Shown: positions 61,801 through 64,000 of the stretch, piece after piece
Position numbering within the stretch: the stretch's first letter is position 1
Layout: each line of letters opens with the position of its first letter
DNA from: a virus
Taxonomy: Duplodnaviria; Caudoviricetes
Direction: 5' to 3' (one strand)
DNA: 64,000 nt
Virus record (IMG/VR): IMGVR_UViG_3300037067_013225
Span: 32,001 to 96,000 of that record
Position numbers and translations under genes: made by a program
Notes under the pieces: model-generated
What the model was told of the DNA's origin: nothing
Database searches by the model: none
The model's input: the letters and a program-made list of their open reading frames with translations, nothing else

Positions 61801-64000
61801 TCTCTCGTCCAGATATGAGTGACGATAATCGGTGGTTGTTGTCTACGATTCCTGAGAATCCGAGTGAAAATAAATATTGGATTAAAATCAAAATTCCCGT
61901 TGAATCACATTCCGTTCTGTCATATGAAGATCGTAAAGATCTATATCCCTCATTCCGAGATATAGTCGTTGGTTCCGTATTCGAGGGGGAATGTTCCTAT
62001 ACGGATGGTACCATAACGTATACGTCAACTGGCACAACAACAGGGGAGATTAGGATTGAGGGGCAGGATTTCACAGCATCTTTGTGGGATTATGTTAAAC
62101 AAGGCGATACGATATTCTGGACGGAAGATACAACAGGTGTACGGCGAGTTGGCACCATTTCGGGAACATTCGTTGTTAGTCCCGATGGTGTTTCTATCGA
62201 TGTAAATACACAAGCAGATCTCTCAAGCCATACCATCAGTGAAATATCGATTAGGCGCAATCCATTCGCATTTGTCAAGAATACTAAGTATACTATAGAT
62301 AGGCACGTAAATACTCAGGATGCCAGAGAAAATAGAGCCAATCCGTTCGATCCAGTGGATAGTGCGGGATTTAAACGGAGTCCGGCATATTCAATCAAGA
62401 AACAGCAATGGCTCTTTTATTCGGATGATGCAGCACCAGATGTTTCTGCAACGGCTTTCCCCGCGATTCGAACGGCATATGATCAGTATGAGGTTGGTCA
62501 CTCACCCCAAGGCTCTACTGATATTGATAAACTATTCTTTGATGCTAATTTCATATTTACTTCAGTCAATCCATCAATAAAAGCATCTCGTGTAGACGAT
62601 ATTGTATCTAGTGGTGATACAGTGCGTCTAAATCAACGTCTCTGGATTAATCACTATGCTCCGGCGAACTCTCCATCTAACGATTTGGAACTTTACTATT
62701 ATATTTGCCGACCAGTTGATGAAGACAGATATTATTTAACCGTTATAGCCAACGATCCGTCTTTGCTACCGAATAGCGAGGAGGATCTGAGTGCTTGGAA
62801 TTTAGGTGCATTCAACAACAAATATGGTTATATTTGGAATGAAAATGTACCAATCTTATCCAGATTATATCCATACGAATTACCATATGGTTCGCCAGAT
62901 ACATCTTATAGTTATGATAACCATAGTTTAGATTTCAATCAGCGAATTGAACGATATCATAAAAATAAGAGTGATTCGTTCGGTGGAAACGATGTCATTG
63001 GGTTTATATTCGATACGAATGATATTTTTGAATCATACGATCTGAATAGGCCGGATTTCTACGGACTCACTTACACTCCGAATGGTCAGTTATGGCCCTA
63101 TACCACACCTGGTACGATTAATTTTGATACTGGTGGTTATTATCGTGTGGTTCTACCTATTCATGTAACGAGTTTTGGTGACATTTTTGATAATTATTAT
63201 GCTGGTTCCGGAATACATGGGGGGTTTTATTATTCAAAGCCACGAGCGATTATGACGAAGGAATATGCCATAGATAGTAGCGCTTATCGTGTCAGTTTGT
63301 TGGAATTCCTGAATTCAGCGACATCATATAAGCACGTTGATGATATCGTTAAGGAAGATGCTGATTATGTTATGTTGTTGGATGACACTGATAGATCTGC
63401 CGATATCAATAATATTAGACGTATCTATAATGGTGAATATGATGAATGTTCTCTCGTTATAGATACCAATAATGAACATTATCTGGACATGAGGATTGCA
63501 TATGGCAGGACGCAGGATGATTCGTCATCTATAGATCATTTTTCCGACTTATTAAACAATTTGGTTCCGAAATTTTTAGCGTCAAATAAGGAAGTAGACC
63601 TAGGGAAGAATGCGGATCTAAATGCGAGTATTAGCTATGAATCTCCAGTAGAATATACTATATCGGCGAACAGTAGTGCTAAATCTCTAGCCAATCTAAG
63701 CTTAGACCTGGGTGATGGTTTATATTGTTTTAGCGTTCCGTTGCAGAATATAAAGCATTATAATCCACTCTTGGCTGGAACTCTGTATGGTGTTGATGCA
63801 CAACTTAGCGATTCATATAAACCTGTAGACGATCTATTTAGTGGTGTTAGCGGATGTTATGAAATTACCGGCAAACGGGATTGGATACATCCGGAGAACA
63901 GTCTTATTTGGGCTTTTGGTAAGTTCGGTGGTCGTGCTGGATTATATCTCGCGAACTGGGGCGCAACTGCCGGATTGAATTATGTCAATGATACTTCGGA
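58893..64000 (+). CDS. very large putative virion (tail/baseplate) protein, 3'-partial, over 1700 aa
   Basis: ATG 58893 (MFEKVNLQTG..HQHDG); frame checked open near 60000, 62000 and the window end; absent from ORF track, consistent with no stop in window. Confidence 0.75.
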   Translation, partial: MFEKVNLQTGANISALCLNNIQKSFDIYLINHQHDGVEAPLIDARYVDTVGLDINPFNQSLYDHAHDYSIHSAHTDTSTNNAGSDKLSESDYVEINLIDDCNQWTFNGLYWETYVRLGEAYGEPYMVELQPVYDGSYSDFFTNLNPGSNFANLDGVVPLNNTLLNIHLVPCNLTSTGFSVRLYAIGKGTRHQLVSYDETLFANKRNVYVGEDIALPVVGNLSDGEFEINYKGGFSYLPKSGTLSIRVDLMLNISAAVTANRRELLTGDSVQALPFNIGHNEFYAFSSSVGASSGINNEELKQLGYLTAKDIEVVSDYGLTYLGEQQLRNISFDENNQVSYKQRTFDIVDRFNQELYTDDLIILKSDPLAKTFIVNITETEFTPGSLALQKIRKFSLAFEDVEIISNNVIKVKVAGGNLVPRLVDGFGNIEYSNVYLQGAYEVVDDEHLIVKNATFNGISAKDLYYEPSENVYVTIAEGDSVYLGDESPVSIFYDDHKILAENLPNMPSSHLFNETIQYKTLESNIASYPNLSEQFDNWDQQYAYAKKNVRGALCTRIKIRPKFFSISEGTTFFIPGGVYIRLKKNIILMKKDIMTNYGGTQDRFIMDEGLKTNINKAECFKTLNRLTYHKPDQASHFYTYLKYPHIDGSYEEAYAEIFNNNVINYLTNDVLDFTKNRYLDRYTIGNKFDGAFSTYNALSGTLKSYLDTVTKRRVYYIESLEPPSDMIVSGGNNPDMGSRVRILSYKNRPLNYLDSSIEPQDVAMVFDDTDTPPYGACNDLFPVFGTVKSIVEQSDGIWNINLFSPADVDGVNILWSDVVCLNDILNSTLLPADAVSLNGEPTFLWKNPKSPTIIQRVYCSLSGTSTTNKIQTLNHKYGDIPFGLQLYDEDPTADTIEHYMYIGYSVPFNYIKFVIGTILSDLLLLGSGGVGDLEYEYLSAAGWLPIQFLSYDMNTNWDGKDSNSIDFVAFSRPDMSDDNRWLLSTIPENPSENKYWIKIKIPVESHSVLSYEDRKDLYPSFRDIVVGSVFEGECSYTDGTITYTSTGTTTGEIRIEGQDFTASLWDYVKQGDTIFWTEDTTGVRRVGTISGTFVVSPDGVSIDVNTQADLSSHTISEISIRRNPFAFVKNTKYTIDRHVNTQDARENRANPFDPVDSAGFKRSPAYSIKKQQWLFYSDDAAPDVSATAFPAIRTAYDQYEVGHSPQGSTDIDKLFFDANFIFTSVNPSIKASRVDDIVSSGDTVRLNQRLWINHYAPANSPSNDLELYYYICRPVDEDRYYLTVIANDPSLLPNSEEDLSAWNLGAFNNKYGYIWNENVPILSRLYPYELPYGSPDTSYSYDNHSLDFNQRIERYHKNKSDSFGGNDVIGFIFDTNDIFESYDLNRPDFYGLTYTPNGQLWPYTTPGTINFDTGGYYRVVLPIHVTSFGDIFDNYYAGSGIHGGFYYSKPRAIMTKEYAIDSSAYRVSLLEFLNSATSYKHVDDIVKEDADYVMLLDDTDRSADINNIRRIYNGEYDECSLVIDTNNEHYLDMRIAYGRTQDDSSSIDHFSDLLNNLVPKFLASNKEVDLGKNADLNASISYESPVEYTISANSSAKSLANLSLDLGDGLYCFSVPLQNIKHYNPLLAGTLYGVDAQLSDSYKPVDDLFSGVSGCYEITGKRDWIHPENSLIWAFGKFGGRAGLYLANWGATAGLNYVNDTS

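Noticed and set aside
1-64000. Apparent abundance of GATATC, ATCGAT and TCTAGA palindromes
   Set aside because: Not counted reliably and plausibly due to Asp-Ile, Ile-Asp and Leu-Asp/Glu codon pairs; needs a codon-aware k-mer test
1-64000. Stop-codon reassignment
   Set aside because: Genes tile densely and conserved proteins are intact under the standard code with all three stops used

Overview
64 kb segment of a large tailed dsDNA phage (HK97-fold capsid, standard genetic code, roughly 40% GC by eye). It contains a Y RNA (YrlA-type tRNA mimic) with a Ro60/TROVE gene, and fibre-like virion genes. It also holds the packaging/head module (TerL/TerS on the minus strand; portal, internal head proteins, protease-scaffold and major capsid on the plus strand), islands of small genes with sigma70-type promoters, an HslV-like protease, an endolysin, a 12-kb nucleotide-sugar/glycosyltransferase operon, thyX, a DNA ligase, head-completion genes and the first 5.1 kb of a very large ORF that runs off the window. 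The most unusual signals are: (1) nine mostly unrelated small proteins all ending in hydrophobic-x-(E)-[IV]-D-F-COOH, one translationally coupled to the HslV-like protease; (2) the heptamer GGCTCTA present about 50 times on both strands and in several reading frames; (3) a 1108-aa polyprotein whose DUF5661-like, kinase and M15-peptidase modules are bounded by hydrophobic-x-K-[AG] motifs like those at the capsid N-terminus; (4) a His-for-Lys ColD-type dehydratase in a phage GDP-sugar pathway; and (5) widespread leaderless gene starts behind a GGG-TAnnnT promoter. All calls come from reading motifs; no database searches were run.
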